A stretch of DNA of 64,000 nt, taken from NCBI GenBank assembly GCA_043228905.1, contig JBHGNT010000006.1, forward strand, positions 13,702,001 to 13,766,000, given 5' to 3'. The notes beneath the pieces are model-generated. The model did not search any database. It was not told the origin of the DNA and was given only the letters and a program-made list of their open reading frames with translations. Numbering within the stretch: position 1 is the first letter of the stretch; each line of letters begins with the position of its first letter. Positions 23,441 through 37,335 of this stretch are shown one piece after another. The DNA is from Azolla caroliniana. Lineage: Eukaryota; Plantae; Polypodiophyta. The position numbers and the translations under genes are program-made.

Positions 23441-24759
23441 GCTTAAGGTTGTGAATTCATGTTTAATGCATAGGATGGTTCTTCTTACCACCATTGAATA
23501 TTGCGTAAGTATTTAGATTTTGATCACCAAAGAGATTTAGACTGTTACACTGTTAGAATGTTAGATTATTAGATTATTAGATTGTTGAACTGTACAAAGT
23601 TTATCCAATAAAATTTAGCCGAAGGTAAATCACACACATAGACCAGAAGGTAAAGTTGATCTTGTGATGTTTACGAACCACAAGTTTTATTCAGGGACCT
23701 TAAACTGTATCATATGATCACCATGGATTACATCTTTTTTTTTTCCATAAAAAATATGCTCCATTGGTATTAAAATTAACAATGCCAAAGGCAATCTACA
23801 AATTGTACATAATAGTTTCCACTCCTTAAGTATATATCGTAAAAAAAGGGACCAAATAATGATGGCATTTGTTATGGCCTCTAAAAAACATCATGTTGCA
23901 GCCAACATTGGCTGAATGTGATTCCACATATACTAAAGCTCTTTAGTATACCCATATTCAACCTATAAACAAATTCCTGCGGTCCAAGTGAATACATATC
24001 TTGGTGGTATGGATTACATCTTCCAATTCAATATCACTTACTATAGATATCAATTTACATGCTTGCACCGAAAACTCATCACAATTTTGTAGTCTGGATA
24101 TCAAATGCTTATACCAAGTTGAACCATATGTTAAGATGTAACTACATTTTATATCTAGGTATCATCGAGAATTATCCTTTTTCAAAAAAGTATACCAAAT
24201 TAATAGAAAATGGCAGAAATTTAAGATGTCTCAAATACAGAAACCTTTGCTAGGTGGAATTATTAATCGCATTTGATTATCCACTCAGAAAATGTAAATC
24301 TCAACCAACTTCTCCAAATACAATCTCATTTGAGTTAATGTTCAATTTATGTTCATTTCGTTTTGAGTAACTCCAAGTTTATAAATAATCATTCTATAGC
24401 TAGCAAACATCTCTCTTAGCAGTTAATGCAAGTAAATATCAAAAACTTTAACTAGATTGAATAACATGTGATACTAGTGTATCTAGTTTTTGTACACTGC
24501 CTAAATTTACATCCTTGTAGAAGGAATCTAAAAGTGGAATGCGTGATCCTTCCACTTGTGATCGCAAACATATTGGTGGGATTATTTTTTAGTTTCATAT
24601 TCTACTTTCCCCTTAGAAGATAAATGTCTAGTTGAGGCTACATTAAAACCTGATAGAATTCTACCTAAAGTGGATAAGATCAGGATCATTGATCTACATC
24701 ATATTTTGGGGAGGATGTTCGACCAATTCCATTTTTTCAATATCCAGTTTGATTGGGAA

Positions 24760-25530
24760 GGGAAATGATAAGGTTTACAGTGCCCCACACGCCAATGACA
24801 ACAAAGACATGGTTGAGTTATAATGTTGATCCTACTCGCATGACAACATTTTGGAAATGACCATCGGTCATGCAAATTCCAACGAAGATTATTTTATTTA
24901 GATGGTTGCTTGTTCATTATGTGGTTCTTATTAGAGTTTGGATGTATTGTAAGGATGTGGATAAGATGTGTGATTTCTATGGGTTAGAGATGGAGTTTTG
25001 TCATCATCTATTCTGGATATGTATGGCAACTAAATTGGTTTGGAAAAGGTTTTTGCATCTCTTGCATGTGGTATATGGCTCTAGAGTATATAAATGGGGG
25101 ATAGTGACATGGGCAAATATTAATGGTGAACTACAAGATTATGAAAAAGAAAAGATTAGCTTTGCATTGTATACAAGATGTCAATATGTTGAGGAAGTGT
25201 CACCATGTATGTCTATTAATTTAGTACAAAATGGGGTGGTTTGGGAAACAATTAGTTTAATAGTCTTATGGGTTTTGTGGACTAGTTGATGTCGAAGGAT
25301 ATTTCAAGAAATTCAATGGAATGTTGTGGATGTAGTCAAGGAGCTTTGGTTGACTTTGATACATACATTAAGAGGAGAATACGATGTTATCAAGGGTGAT
25401 TCGAATGTAGTCTTTCAAAAGCAAGAGGTTTTTAAGAAGAGATGGGAAAGGTTGAATGTCTTCTTTATGGTTAATGGTTGTAGACATTGGAGGTATTAGC
25501 CACCTCTCTAGGTATTTCCTCCATCGACAT
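24760..25530 (+). mobile_element. L1-type LINE 3' fragment (zf-RVT region)
   Basis: IPTKIILFRWLLVH...CDFYG.E.EFCHHLFWIC..TKLVW...IVLWVLW matches the zf-RVT/C-terminal pattern of plant LINE ORF2. Confidence 0.75.
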
Positions 25531-26659
25531 GAGGCATGTGGCCATTTACAAGGAGTTGATTAGGGAAAGGAAGTTCATGAGGAGATCATCGACAAAGGAC
25601 TACTAGAAAAACATGTTGTACTGTACTTGGCAATGCTTTGGGAGATCTGTATGTTTGTGGCATCCTAAGAGCAATTGGAAAAGGTAAAAATCCACGTTGA
25701 AGTTGTTAGGATATTTGAAAGTGTCCAGGTATCATGTAAAGCACTTTAGACATACCATAAACCATTGTTGGGGAAAAAAAACGTTAATGAATACAAAATA
25801 GTGATAATCTAATACAAAACTTTAACAAACCCAAATGTAAAGACATTTATCCTAAATATCTCCTCATTGACAACACATCTTTTGTGGTTTAGGTCTCGAA
25901 TGGTTCTGTCGTATTTACCCGACGGGAACATCATTTTCATCTTCATGGGCTTTCATGTTCCCTCATGATTCAGTTTGTTAATACAAGCTCTAATATTTGA
26001 TTCTTAAGATAAGATTTCTTGCTAATTATAAGCTTTTAGGAGCTCCCTTGTCAAATAATAGAATTCTATCTCTTAACATGATCCACCGCTTTTCCATTTA
26101 CACATGCACTAGTCAAGTACTTTATTGGACCATTACTCAAGTACATATCCAATGATTATGCCTGCGTAAATTCATTGCAAAAAGGAAGTTGGTAATGATG
26201 TCTATTGCAAGCCAACTAAATCAATCAAATCATCATCATGTATAGAGAGTATGGCACTCAACTCTAACCCGGATGAATGTATTGTTCACATGCATAATAT
26301 ATGTGAGCATTTGAGTTGATATAGGTGTATGATGATTAAGAAAGCAACCCCTAGATCATAAAATGATGTCTTGCAAGTTGAAGTTTAGTTCTCTTATTTT
26401 GAAGGAATCTATGGACGGGGGACTCCATGGATTCTATTCTATTCTTCAAGTAGTCATTGTCTCTCAAAGGTATGGGGATGCTAGGGATTCTTCTTTTCAT
26501 TGAGAAGGATTGCAAAGATCTCTAGGGTGATTGTGGGGAAATATATTACGAAACATACCATGGTGATGGAGAGAGATAAATTTCATATAATGAAAAGCAC
26601 GAAATTTAATATCCTGATAGCCAAGATGTATTTATTTCCCATCAAATCAATACTTTAAG

Positions 26660-29600
26660 AGGCATGCGGGTGGGCATAAGATGTGTAGTTTTACATGTAA
26701 TTCTTGGTTCGACGATGAATGTAAGATGTATCTCAAATGGTTTAAGTCCATAGAAGGGGAAAATGAAAAGATTGTTGCATGGCACCTATATAATAAAGTC
26801 GTGAGGAGAAAGAAAAGAAGATATTTCCAAATGCAAGACATGAAAAAGAAAAACTTGTTTAAGCTCAAACCAAAATTAGCATGGGGACGACTAGGGTAAG
26901 AAACAAGATGTGAAATGTCACTTTACAAATGAAGAGATGTTAGACTATGTACAAAGGCTATATATGCATGAAGGTGTGGCTCCTATGGTTGATAAAATTG
27001 AAACACCATGCACTACATGTATTGATATTGATGATGTCAATAAGGGAATAAAGAATATGGCGAGTGGGAAAGCAGCAGATGCAACCTATAGCTCAAGTGA
27101 GCTTTTAAAATGGACAATGCCACATACTCGTCAATGGATAATGACAACTATAGATCAAGCTATTAAATAAGGATTTCCAAATGATTGGCTTATGAATTGG
27201 ATTAAACCAATATTTAAAGCCGGAGATAGGAATCAAGTATCAAATTATTGTACAATAATGGTGAGCTCAACTATTGCTAAATTATATACCACTATTATGG
27301 AGCAAAAGAAAAGCACATGGGTTGAAAAGTACAAGCAAAAGAGCACTTGGGCAAGCAGGATTTAGACCAAAACACTAAATTGTGGATCATTTGGTCACAT
27401 TGAGAGTAATCATGGAAGCGAGTCGACTACAAGGAAAAGCACTTTATTGTTGTTTGTTGATTTCAAGAAAGCTTTTGATACCATACCACGAAGTGAGCTT
27501 TGGAATAGAATGGTAGGGATTGACATGTCATTAGAGTACCGAGTTGTTATTGCACGCCTATATGAACAAGTTAAATGCCAACTAAAAATGGCTAGTGGAT
27601 TCTCAAAGCAGTTTTTAAGTAACATGGGGTTCAAGCAATGATGTCCACTATCACCCACACTCTTTGGCTCGTGTATTGATAAATTAGAAGAAGTAGTAAA
27701 TAAGGTTGCAAGAGAAGAAGGATCGAATGCCCCCAAATTGATGCAACATGTTATCTTAGTGTTTCTATATGCAGATGATGTGGTACTCTTCTCATATGAT
27801 GTTGATAGTATGCAACATTTACTTGGGGTATTAGAAGAATTTTGCCATAGTAGTGGACTAGCAATGAATGTGGAGAAAACAAAAATTATGGTAGTACAAA
27901 CCATCCAACCTCATCATTACCCTATGCTCACATATAAAGGAGAACATCAATTTGTTCGAAACTTTCAATATCTTGGTATTGATGTACCCGCCACAAATAA
28001 ATGGAGTGCATGCTTTGATTCTAAGCTCCAAGCCGGTTGGAAATCGTATTACCTTTTGGAGAACCAATGCAACCAAAGTGATACTTGTGGATGGGAAGTG
28101 AAACTAATGTTGTTCAATGCCATGGTGACTCAAGTATTGCTTTATGGAGTAGAAGTATGCGGTGGCACCATCTCTCTTAATGCATGGAATGAGATTGAGA
28201 AAATTCAAAAGATGTTTTTAAGGAGGCAATTAGGAGTTAAATGCACTACCTCTTACCAGGTTATGCTCTTGGAAAGAGATGTCCGACCCATAGAACTATT
28301 GGCACTCCAAAGAGTATATAAATACATTACAAAATCCAAGAATATGTTGAATCATCAATTCACATCTTGCTTGGAATGTTGGATGTAAGCTACAAAAGAA
28401 TCATAAAAGTAAGATTCTCTCATCCGATTAGGTTGTTGACATAAGGAAATGGTTTAGACGATGAGGTGTGGATAATCTTTTAGAGCTTTTGGGCAATGCT
28501 ATACAGTATGTAATGATTGAGGAAAGGTTGGTGGAATCATTAAGGATGAAGTGGGAAGATGCTAAGAGGACAAAGCTAGAATATTACATTGCAAATGTCA
28601 ACCCTAAATGTTAGTCTCAATCATAGTTCCTAATATTCGCGTACGTCCAATTTACTGGACATACGCGAACGTTTGCAAACGTACGCGTATGATACGCGAT
28701 ATTCGTTTGGCTTTTTTTTTTTTGACTTTTTTTAGTTTTTTTAATTTTTGATATTCATAATATTTTGTGAATAGAAGTGACATCTGACACACATACACAC
28801 ACACTCTCTCTCTCTCTCTCACACGAGAACTGACAGATTTTCTCTCTCTACAAAATCTAGATATCTAATATACATATTACATACTCCCTCACACAGACAA
28901 AACCCATAGCTCCTCTCTCTCTCTCTCTCTCTCTAGAGTCTAGATATACACTCAATCACTGTCTCCTCACACATGCAAAACAGGGCTTCTCTCTCTAGAC
29001 CACACATGCTCTCTCTCTCTCTCTCTCTCTCTCCCCCTCGAACACACACACACTATGTACACCATATACACCATATGTATATATAATATATCTATGTACC
29101 GCGTATGGATTTCAATCATACTTGGAGCCTTTTCACGTATGAGTATGATACGAATATTGGCGTTTGAGTATGACACGAATGGGACGTATGGCTAGAACTA
29201 TGGTCTCAATATAAAGCAAGAAAGCCTATTGATCGTATCCAACCTTATCTCATTATCAATATAAGTAGTAATGCTCGTAGAGCCCTTACACTACTTCGCA
29301 CTCGATTTCACAAGTTAGGTATTGAAGTTGCATCATGGTATTAAAATGTAACGGACTTGAAGACATGCAAAGTATGCAATGAAGGCATGGTAAAAGATGA
29401 ATGTCACTTGCTCTTCACATGCTCGACATATAGTGCAATTCGTTCAAGATATGTTGACATACTAAGAGGGAGTGATAACTTAAGTGCCATACTTAAGACA
29501 CCACCGAGAAGGTTGAGCTCATATGTGTATGCTTTATTCACACATAGAGACTTTGTGATTCAATGTATGAATACCCCTCTTCTTAGGAAGGAGACACATA

Positions 29601-29670
29601 TGAAGAAGACATGTATACTCTGGTTCCATAGGTCAAATTTGGCCTCTTTATGGAAGATAAAATAAAAAAT
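26660..29670 (+). mobile_element. 5'-truncated non-LTR retrotransposon (RTE/RTEX-like RT with C-terminal CCHC)
   Basis: WFDDECK, QAGFR (27352), FVDFKKAFDTIPR, LYADDVVL, FQYLG, LLYGVEV and C-terminal CKVC...DECHLLFTC. A-rich tail at 29657-29668. Stops and frameshifts are present, and the element is split by a MITE. Confidence 0.88.
28622..29202. mobile_element. hAT-superfamily non-autonomous element (MITE), 581 bp
   Basis: TIR CATAGTTC...GAACTATG, perfect 8-bp TSD GTCTCAAT (28614-28621 and 29203-29210), subterminal TATTCG/CGTAC motifs and internal (CT)n. Confidence 0.92.
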
Positions 29671-30011
29671 TCTAATTCTAAAAAATAATCAACTTCTATT
29701 ACAATGATCCTACTCCAACGTATGGCCAACGTAATCTCTTTGTGTGTTGTGTGCATGTGGGTGAGTGTGATTTTGACAAGGTATTTGGCCATCACTCGTC
29801 AACCATACCTTTTCATTATGTCCAAACATTTGCTCACACACAAATTGGGTTGTTGAACGTAAATGAATGAAGAGAGAAAATAAATAAGGATTAGTTAGAG
29901 GAATCATGATGTTGATATACTACAAAGGGGTTGTTGTTGGTAAGAAGAGCACGAAAGATAAGAAATGAAGTAAGAAGTCGTCGTTCAAGGGAGGGACTAT
30001 AGTATACTATA

Positions 30012-31712
30012 CTATACTATGATTGGAGCTGGTGGCACTGCCTTGTTTGAGTGTTTCCATTGCCAATGCCCTTCTTCTTCTTCTACTTCCATGAAATGCT
30101 TGGGTGTCCAAAGAATCCCCTCTTTTTTCCTTTGCTTGGCCAATGCTCTTTGCCTTTCTTCAACCTCATGCTTCCCTTTCCTGGCCATTTCCCAATCCCT
30201 CCTTGTTATCCCGGCCATCACCACCCTCCATACGGCCAACGTCTCAGTCGGCTCCACATCATCCTATTGTTCATTCATTCACTCCAATTTCAAATCCATA
30301 CATAACATACACCAGTTACTATAAATTAAGAAAGACAATCATAAACATGCCGCACACCCTACCCTTTCCTAAATCCACACACACACATATATATATATGT
30401 ATAACCTTTGCCTTTCAGAAGGCTCTTGTATGCCATGCATACTTTTTGAAGTTAATCCATCCATACACACAGATATGCACAGATGAGAAGAAATTATTAA
30501 TCTACAGATGTTTTAAGCCAACAAGGCCTCACCGTTTCGTTCCTAAATGTAGGGGTCTTCATGTTGCTCATTGCAACCATAGAATCAAATAAAACCGACT
30601 CTTCTCCCGTCTTCATATTCTTTTGCATCACTATTCTGCAACAAACAAATGGCCACACAAGACACGACATTTTCCTACATGTAAGGCTCACCAAAAAAGA
30701 AGATGTAAAATCATTACCCAATGCATTAGGCATTCACCCCATACAATACATGTTCTATGTTAGAAAGAAAAAGAAGAAGCACCAGTCTACACTTTCTACT
30801 CTAATAGTTAGATTATATGCTATATAACCTTGTTTACAAAACAGGCATAGAAAGTTCATTATCAACCATAGTGGGGTTAATGCAACATACCTCGCCCTTG
30901 AGCTCTAGGTGAATAAACACATTGCAATCATATCTAATGATACTACCAGTGCCATAACATTGCGTCATACATAGTAAAAACTTCACCTGTTCCAGGCACC
31001 ACTGATTTCACACATCACCACGTTGGTATTCATATCCTTCACTTGACCAATGACTTGGCCCCCACTTCCTTTCAGCCCAAAACAGCCTTTCCTTTTGAAG
31101 GCTATTGTGGCTTCAAGTCCAGAAGCAACACACTTAATGGTGGATGTGCTTACATGCTCGCATCCTGGTGCAGGGAAGAATCGAACTAAAACATTTGGGA
31201 ATGTATATGTATAAACCTCATTATGCTTGTCGAGCCATAGAGTACTTGCACCACGAATCTCAGCCTCCATTTTGTTCCCTGGCACCAAACCATAAAAAGA
31301 AAACAAACATGTGCTAAGTCATTTTCTTACATGTAATAGAGAAAGTATAATTAGGAACCAAATGTGTAAATGTGTGGCAGTACTGAAATATATTGGTCAA
31401 AAGGGTTTCCGTCTAAAAGCTACGGGATGTTAAGCTGCATTCATATCCAAATTTTTGTGAGCATTAGCAGAGTGATGAACAGTTAAATGGCAGGCTTTCT
31501 GTAATGAATATTATGAGAATAGTGAAGCTATAGCATCTATTATTTGATGTTATGGCCATAGATTCCCATGGTTTACCATAAAAATGTGGATGAACTCGTC
31601 TGGTCCACTGTAGCCGGATTGCATTCTCATTACTTGTTGCATAGAGAGCCGTCACTGGAGGATGATGAGACACCTATACACACATGCATGCACGCGCACA
31701 CGCACACATTTT

Positions 31713-31749
<37 letters not shown>

Positions 31750-32253
31750 TATCGAACACCTATTTCAATAAACAAAGACACCTAACCTTGAATACATCCT
31801 ACAGAAGGAACGACCCAGAATGAAATCGAAAAAACTATTCTCCTAATCTGAACATGAATTCCCTTCATTCAATGTGAGGTAAAGAAAGGAAAATAAAGTG
31901 ATGAATTGAGAAGACCTGCTCGAGCAAGATATTGAGGTGTCCAAAGGAGACGTGGTGAGTTTCACCAAGGGTGGGGTTGAGCGGAGAGAGGCCGAATGGG
32001 CTCAATCTAAGTGTGGAGAGGGTCCACGCGACAACCCTAAGGAAACGTTGGAGAGGTGTGGATGCTCGCGAACACGCCCCTAGCAAATCTTCGCCACAAC
32101 AATACACACTCTCTCCATAGCATTGCAAGTAAGACTTGGGCAAGTTGAATTGCACAGGAACCTATACATAAATATATATATATATGTATCGTATGGGTAA
32201 ACATGAGCAAGTAGTTGTGAATGGAAAATAAATAAAGAGCCAACCAAAGGTTG

Positions 32254-32292
<39 letters not shown>

Positions 32293-32512
32293 ATACATAT
32301 AATATATATATCTTGGTAAATGTACTTACTTGGAACCTTGTAATGTCGGAACCAGGCATGATGCTTCTGACAAGCTCCAGTATCTTAGCGACCGGATTTT
32401 TGGGCTTCTCCCCATCTTCTGCAGCAGCAGCAGCAGAAGAAGAAGCAGGGGCTGCGGAATGCGGGAAAGGAGGCGTGAAGACCAGGTGGTCGCGTACCAA
32501 CATCCCCATCAT
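30012..32512 (-). CDS. ORP4: Oxysterol-binding protein-related protein, plant ORP4-type (short, ORD only), 390 aa, 6 exons
   Basis: Exons 32512-32330, 32161-31916, 31673-31577, 31278-30987, 30635-30533 and 30263-30012, all GT-AG, sum to 1173 nt in frame. OSBP motifs: GSDITRFQVPVQFNLPKSYLQ, PLNPTLGETH, EQ|VSHHPP, KHEVEERQR, WTPKHF. Confidence 0.93.

Positions 32513-32514
<2 letters not shown>

Positions 32515-32567
<53 letters not shown>
32515..32567. repeat. (GA/TC)n microsatellite immediately upstream of the ORP start codon
   Basis: Uninterrupted TC run. Further (TG)n and (TC)n runs at 32875-32898 and 33035-33054. Confidence 0.95.
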
Positions 32568-32571
<4 letters not shown>

Positions 32572-33066
32572 GTCGCTGCTCTCACTACTGCTGCTGTTGC
32601 CGATGATGAAAACCATACAACAACAAACAGAAACAAAAGCAAGTTATAAAGAATATAAAAAAGGAGGAGAGAACAGGAGGAAGGAAATGAATGAAAGAGA
32701 CGCGTGCAGAGACAGACATACAGACAGAGACAGAGACAGAGAAGGTGTGTAGTAGTAGTAGTAGACTGTAGTAGCAGTAATAGTCGTCAAGTATGTATAC
32801 ATGTGTGTAAGTATTAATGTATATGTATAGAAAATAAAGAGAGATGGGAGAGATACAGACAAAAACTTCTCTTTTGTGTGTGTGTGTGTGTGTGTGTGTT
32901 TCTATCAGGCTGAGGAGGTTGTGTGTGTGTCTGTGTCTGTGGCTCTCTATCACGAGTCGTCGTTGCATTTAATGCATTGATAATCACTACTGATATATGT
33001 ATATGTATCTATATAGGGTGGGACTGAAGTGAGGATCTCTCTCTCTCTCTCTCTTGGTAAAAGCTG

Positions 33067-33736
33067 CATGGATTGACACATGCGTGACATTAGTGATATT
33101 CTCCATGCGCAATATTCAAGAATACGAAATGGCCCCAAGAATATTAGAAAACCATTCCTTTTGTAAAATAAATATAAAATATTTATTTATTTATTTAAAT
33201 AAATTTAATTAATAAAAAAAAAGAACAATTATTCATTAATTGATTATAGTGTCAACTTTCAAGAGAGTTTATGAAACTTATTTTAATTAATCAATCTATT
33301 TATTTATTTATTTTAAATGAATATTTTTATATTTATTATACAAATATGATTAGTACGAACTTTGAAGATATAATTGGTTTGAAGTACTATGTTTAATGTC
33401 AAAATAAAAATATATACATAAATTTTAAGGGAATAAAAAGTGAGAAATTAATGAGCTTTTATTTTATCTTATTTATTTATTAAAAATATGTAAAACGAAT
33501 ACTTATAATTTATAAGTTATACATTTATTATAAAATTTTAGTAGTGTTAAATCCGTAAGTCCTCTTTTATTATCCCTATTTATTGTCAAAGTTCCTTTTT
33601 TCTTTATCCTAAGAAATTTAAAAAAACAGAGTTTTTTTTTTAGTTAAATGAATACTTGTCCACCCATTCGTATTCGTATTCGTATTCATTTGCATTCGAA
33701 TGGGAAACCCGATGAATGCGAATATGTCAATCTATG
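33067..33736. mobile_element. Old hAT-like MITE upstream of the ORP gene
   Basis: Imperfect TIR CATGGATTGACACATGCG versus CATAGATTGACATATTCG (reverse complement of the right end), subterminal (ATTCGT)n and an AT-rich core. No TSD retained. Confidence 0.55.
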
Positions 33737-36440
33737 ATTGTATGTATAATCCACTTCTTATAAGTTACTTCTTACTTTCCTATGGAAGAAGAGGGACATC
33801 TTATAAAGCCATTAGAAAACCTGAATATGCACTTGGAGGAAATGATCCCTGGTGGTTCTAACATCTAGTAATTCCACATAAGCATTCCTTTCAATTTCTT
33901 CATATAGGCTTTCGCCCCATCCCATGTCTATTGTCAAACATGGAAGCATTACGCATTTTCAAATTATGTTATAGTTCTAACTTGTCAGTATAATAAAATT
34001 TGGAACAATATCTTCATCTGGTCATTTCAACCATTTTCAACGTATTGAGAAAAAACCCATTGTTAAGGCCTCAAATAATAACAGGTTAAAACTTACCAAA
34101 TATTTGATAAGTACTCCCAAATTATATGCATTATGGGACATTTAATGTGCCTATTTATACTATCCTCCGACGGGATGGTGCAAAAGAAGTTCGTACATGA
34201 CCCTAGTCCTTTTCTCTTTGAGGCTTTATATAATGCTAGCCCATCAATCATGACTTTTCATGTAAATACCTTCGCGTAAAATGGCAAATGGGAATGTTAA
34301 CTATGTTGCAATATTTGCCATTACCTTGCATTTGACTTACGTACATTCCACACCTTTTCTATTTTAGGTGATAGCCAAGATAATTATGTCATTGTGTGTG
34401 TGATCATACAATATATATTTTAGTGGCCTATAACAAGCATGTACCATCCTTTAATCCTCAATCCACCCAAGGCTCAAGATTTGTTTTCATTGGCAAAGAT
34501 CCATGCAACAATGGTATATCTTGTAATTTCTTACAAAAAAATCCATAATTTGGAGTGATTTATAACCATTGTTTGGCATCTTCGAATTCTGGCAACCTTT
34601 GAGATTCATTATCAACCACATCTCCCAAGTCTACAACCCTCGATCAAAATAAACAATTGAATAATGCCTTTTATTACCAATAAAAAAACACCACCATGAC
34701 CAACAACAAAAAAGCATTATGCATTCATACAATTATTCTATAAATCTAACTATGACTACTACAAACTAAGTCCCGCCCTACACAACATGACCTATGACCT
34801 TGTTGAGTTGTCGGGGTGTGTGCGCGCATTGTGTGCCACATGCCACACCATACCATGCATGCATATGTTACACACTTAACACTTTACTCCTCCCTCCTTC
34901 GAAGTGATAGAGTATCTTTGCTTCCCCCAACTCTGAAGTTTGAGACATGCTTGAGTTTCTTTGTCTTCTTGTGCCTAACTCTATCTTCATCTCTACACCT
35001 ATTTATTTTCGTCTCTGCCATCAAGTGATGTGGACATTGGATAGATGTTAGCATCACTTAATAGTTGTAATTTCACCTTTTTGTCTTGTTTAAATATTCG
35101 TGCAGACAGTTTTGTTCATTTAATGAATGTTCTACGTTTCTTGATTTTCTCGTGGTCATTGTTTAGATTCCCTTTATATGCCTCCTCTTCTTAGCTCTCT
35201 TCCAAGCATCAATATTTCATATCTCTCTATCTTCCTTTGCCACGTAATAGTTCTACAAAATATAAAAAATCATTTAGAGTAGACTCAAGAATTGCAAAAC
35301 GTTTGTACAATTTTTGTTTAAGACACAACACGATATATACCATAATGGATGTGGTATATGCAAATGTGATATGCGGTATAGGTTCATCGCTCACAACAAT
35401 TAATCACAATTATTCGTGTGATTTAGAAATAAATAACATAGAAAGAAACGCACATGATATGTACCACACATTTCATCCTTGTATATACATTTTAGTGTAA
35501 GCATTTAAAATAACATGTCACAATATATTGTCTCATTATAACTTGCCATTGTCTTTTTGCTCTTTTGTGAATTTGCTTAAGGACTCTAACATGTTACATC
35601 ACCTACATTTGGAGCAAATCCATAAAATTGATGAATTTTGAACTATAATGAAACACATGAGATGGCAAATGCTCATATGATCCATAATAACCCATGGACA
35701 AGTTTTTAAGTTTATAGTTAGGCTTAAAAGGAATTTAGGTTGAAGAACTTTATCGTAGTGAAAATCATATCATTCACCTAATGCCTATGGTTCTTTTATT
35801 GTTTAATCCAAGGTTGTCATTATGTATGAATTGTTACCATATGAGATGTACGGAGAGTCAAGTATGATGAGCGAGGGTGGAATGTTATAATGTTGTTGAT
35901 GTGTATGTGCACAAGTGTAATTGTGAGTGTGAGTCAATACGTATGTGAACACATGCACACGTGTGTGCATGTGGACATATATGAAGAGGTGTGAGTGAGT
36001 GATTAGTGTGGATGGACAAGGGGGGCTTGCACCCTTCTATATCTACCCTTTTGTAACTATTTAACCCATTATAGGGAATGAATGAATATGAATAGTTCTC
36101 TCGCAATCTTTATTTCTTGTCATCTCACTTCCTTCTCTTTCACGTTGAACCCCCTTTGGGAGGGGGGTGGAGCCATGAGCCATTCTAGGCACCAGCCCCC
36201 ACCCTGCAAAGATTCTCAATGCACATCCCACAATCCGCCTCATCTCCATCACCATCAACATTTATTATCATCATCATCGTTAACCCTATTTCTATCTTCA
36301 TCATTATTATTAACCCTAACCCTAGAACCTATAACACTATTTTGGTGACCACGATGGGAGATCCGCACTGATTAATAGTGCCGGTAGCCGGTAAGGCACC
36401 GTTTTGTATTTCCTACCGGATGCCTATAAAAGGATTCGCA

Positions 36441-36851
36441 ATCGATGTAAATGTTTAACACAAATAATATGAGATTAGTGTTTGGTTTTAATTCTATTGT
36501 ATCTATGTGTACTTGTCGTTCTGCACTTCAATTGTTAATCTTACACGTGTTATAACTAATCTGTTGTGTCTTAACAATCCGGAACATAACTGGAATTAGT
36601 CGGATCGGGATCGGATAGCCGGATAACATCCATCCCTTAACCACCCCTTTGGTGAGGTGTTCCAGAACGTCGATGTAAATGTTTAATGGAAGCAATATGA
36701 GATTAGTGTTCGGTTTTAATTCTATTGCGTCTCTATGCACTTGTCGTTCTGCGCTTTAATTGTTAATCTTATGCGTGTTATAACCAATCTGATGCGTCTT
36801 AACAATCTGGAATGTAACTGGAATTAGTCGGATCGGAATCAGATAGCCAGA
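36441..36851. repeat. Tandem duplication of an ~228-bp unit
   Basis: TCGATGTAAATGTTTAA...GGAATTAGTCGGATCGG at 36441-36668 and 36669-36851. The second unit is completed at 37308-37350, after the solo LTR. Confidence 0.9.
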
Positions 36852-37302
36852 TGTTGAGCGAGCAAGCTCAATCGGATCCGGATTGGCTGTATAAGCCAAA
36901 GCCAGATCGATATCCTGATGGTGTCTAGATACAACCAACCGGATCGGCGAGACGGATTAGAGAGCCGAATTCGAGCAGGAACCGGAAGCCTAGTAGTAGC
37001 CTAGACTACTAGGTAATCATGGTCTCGTAGTTAGTGTCAATCGCTCGTTTGAGCATTGAAGTACATAGTACTTCTGTCAGTCCTTTTGAGGACTTGTATA
37101 AATAGTGTTGTTGAGCACATTCTATGTACAGAGTTACATAGTGTTTTTATCATTTTTGAATTTACATTTACATTCTACACTCTCTGTCTCTCCCGCGTAT
37201 AATCTCTGTATATTAAGCTTCTCCATTAAACCTTCATCTTATTCTCTGTTGCTATCTGGCTAAGCCGGTTTTGTCTAACGCTTCCGCACGTTAACATTCA
37301 CA
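36852..37302 (+). mobile_element. Solo LTR of copia family 1
   Basis: TGTTGAGC...TTCACA, shares CTAGACTACTAGGTA.TCATGGT..CGTAGTTAGTGTCAATCGCTC with the 4042/9033 LTRs. TSD CCAGA/CCGGA. Confidence 0.9.
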
Positions 37303-37335
37303 CCGGATAACATCCATCCCTTAACCACCCCTTTG

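Noticed and set aside
32313-32968. Plus-strand and other ORFs over the ORP 5' end
   Set aside because: Antisense and microsatellite-derived (SLSL/ERER) translations.
33800-34740. Possible minus-strand coding relic (also 23760-24480)
   Set aside because: Only faint LINE-like peptide traces, too degenerate to call.
36280-36330. Telomere-like AACCCTAACCCTA
   Set aside because: Only two or three units; at most a telo-box-like motif.
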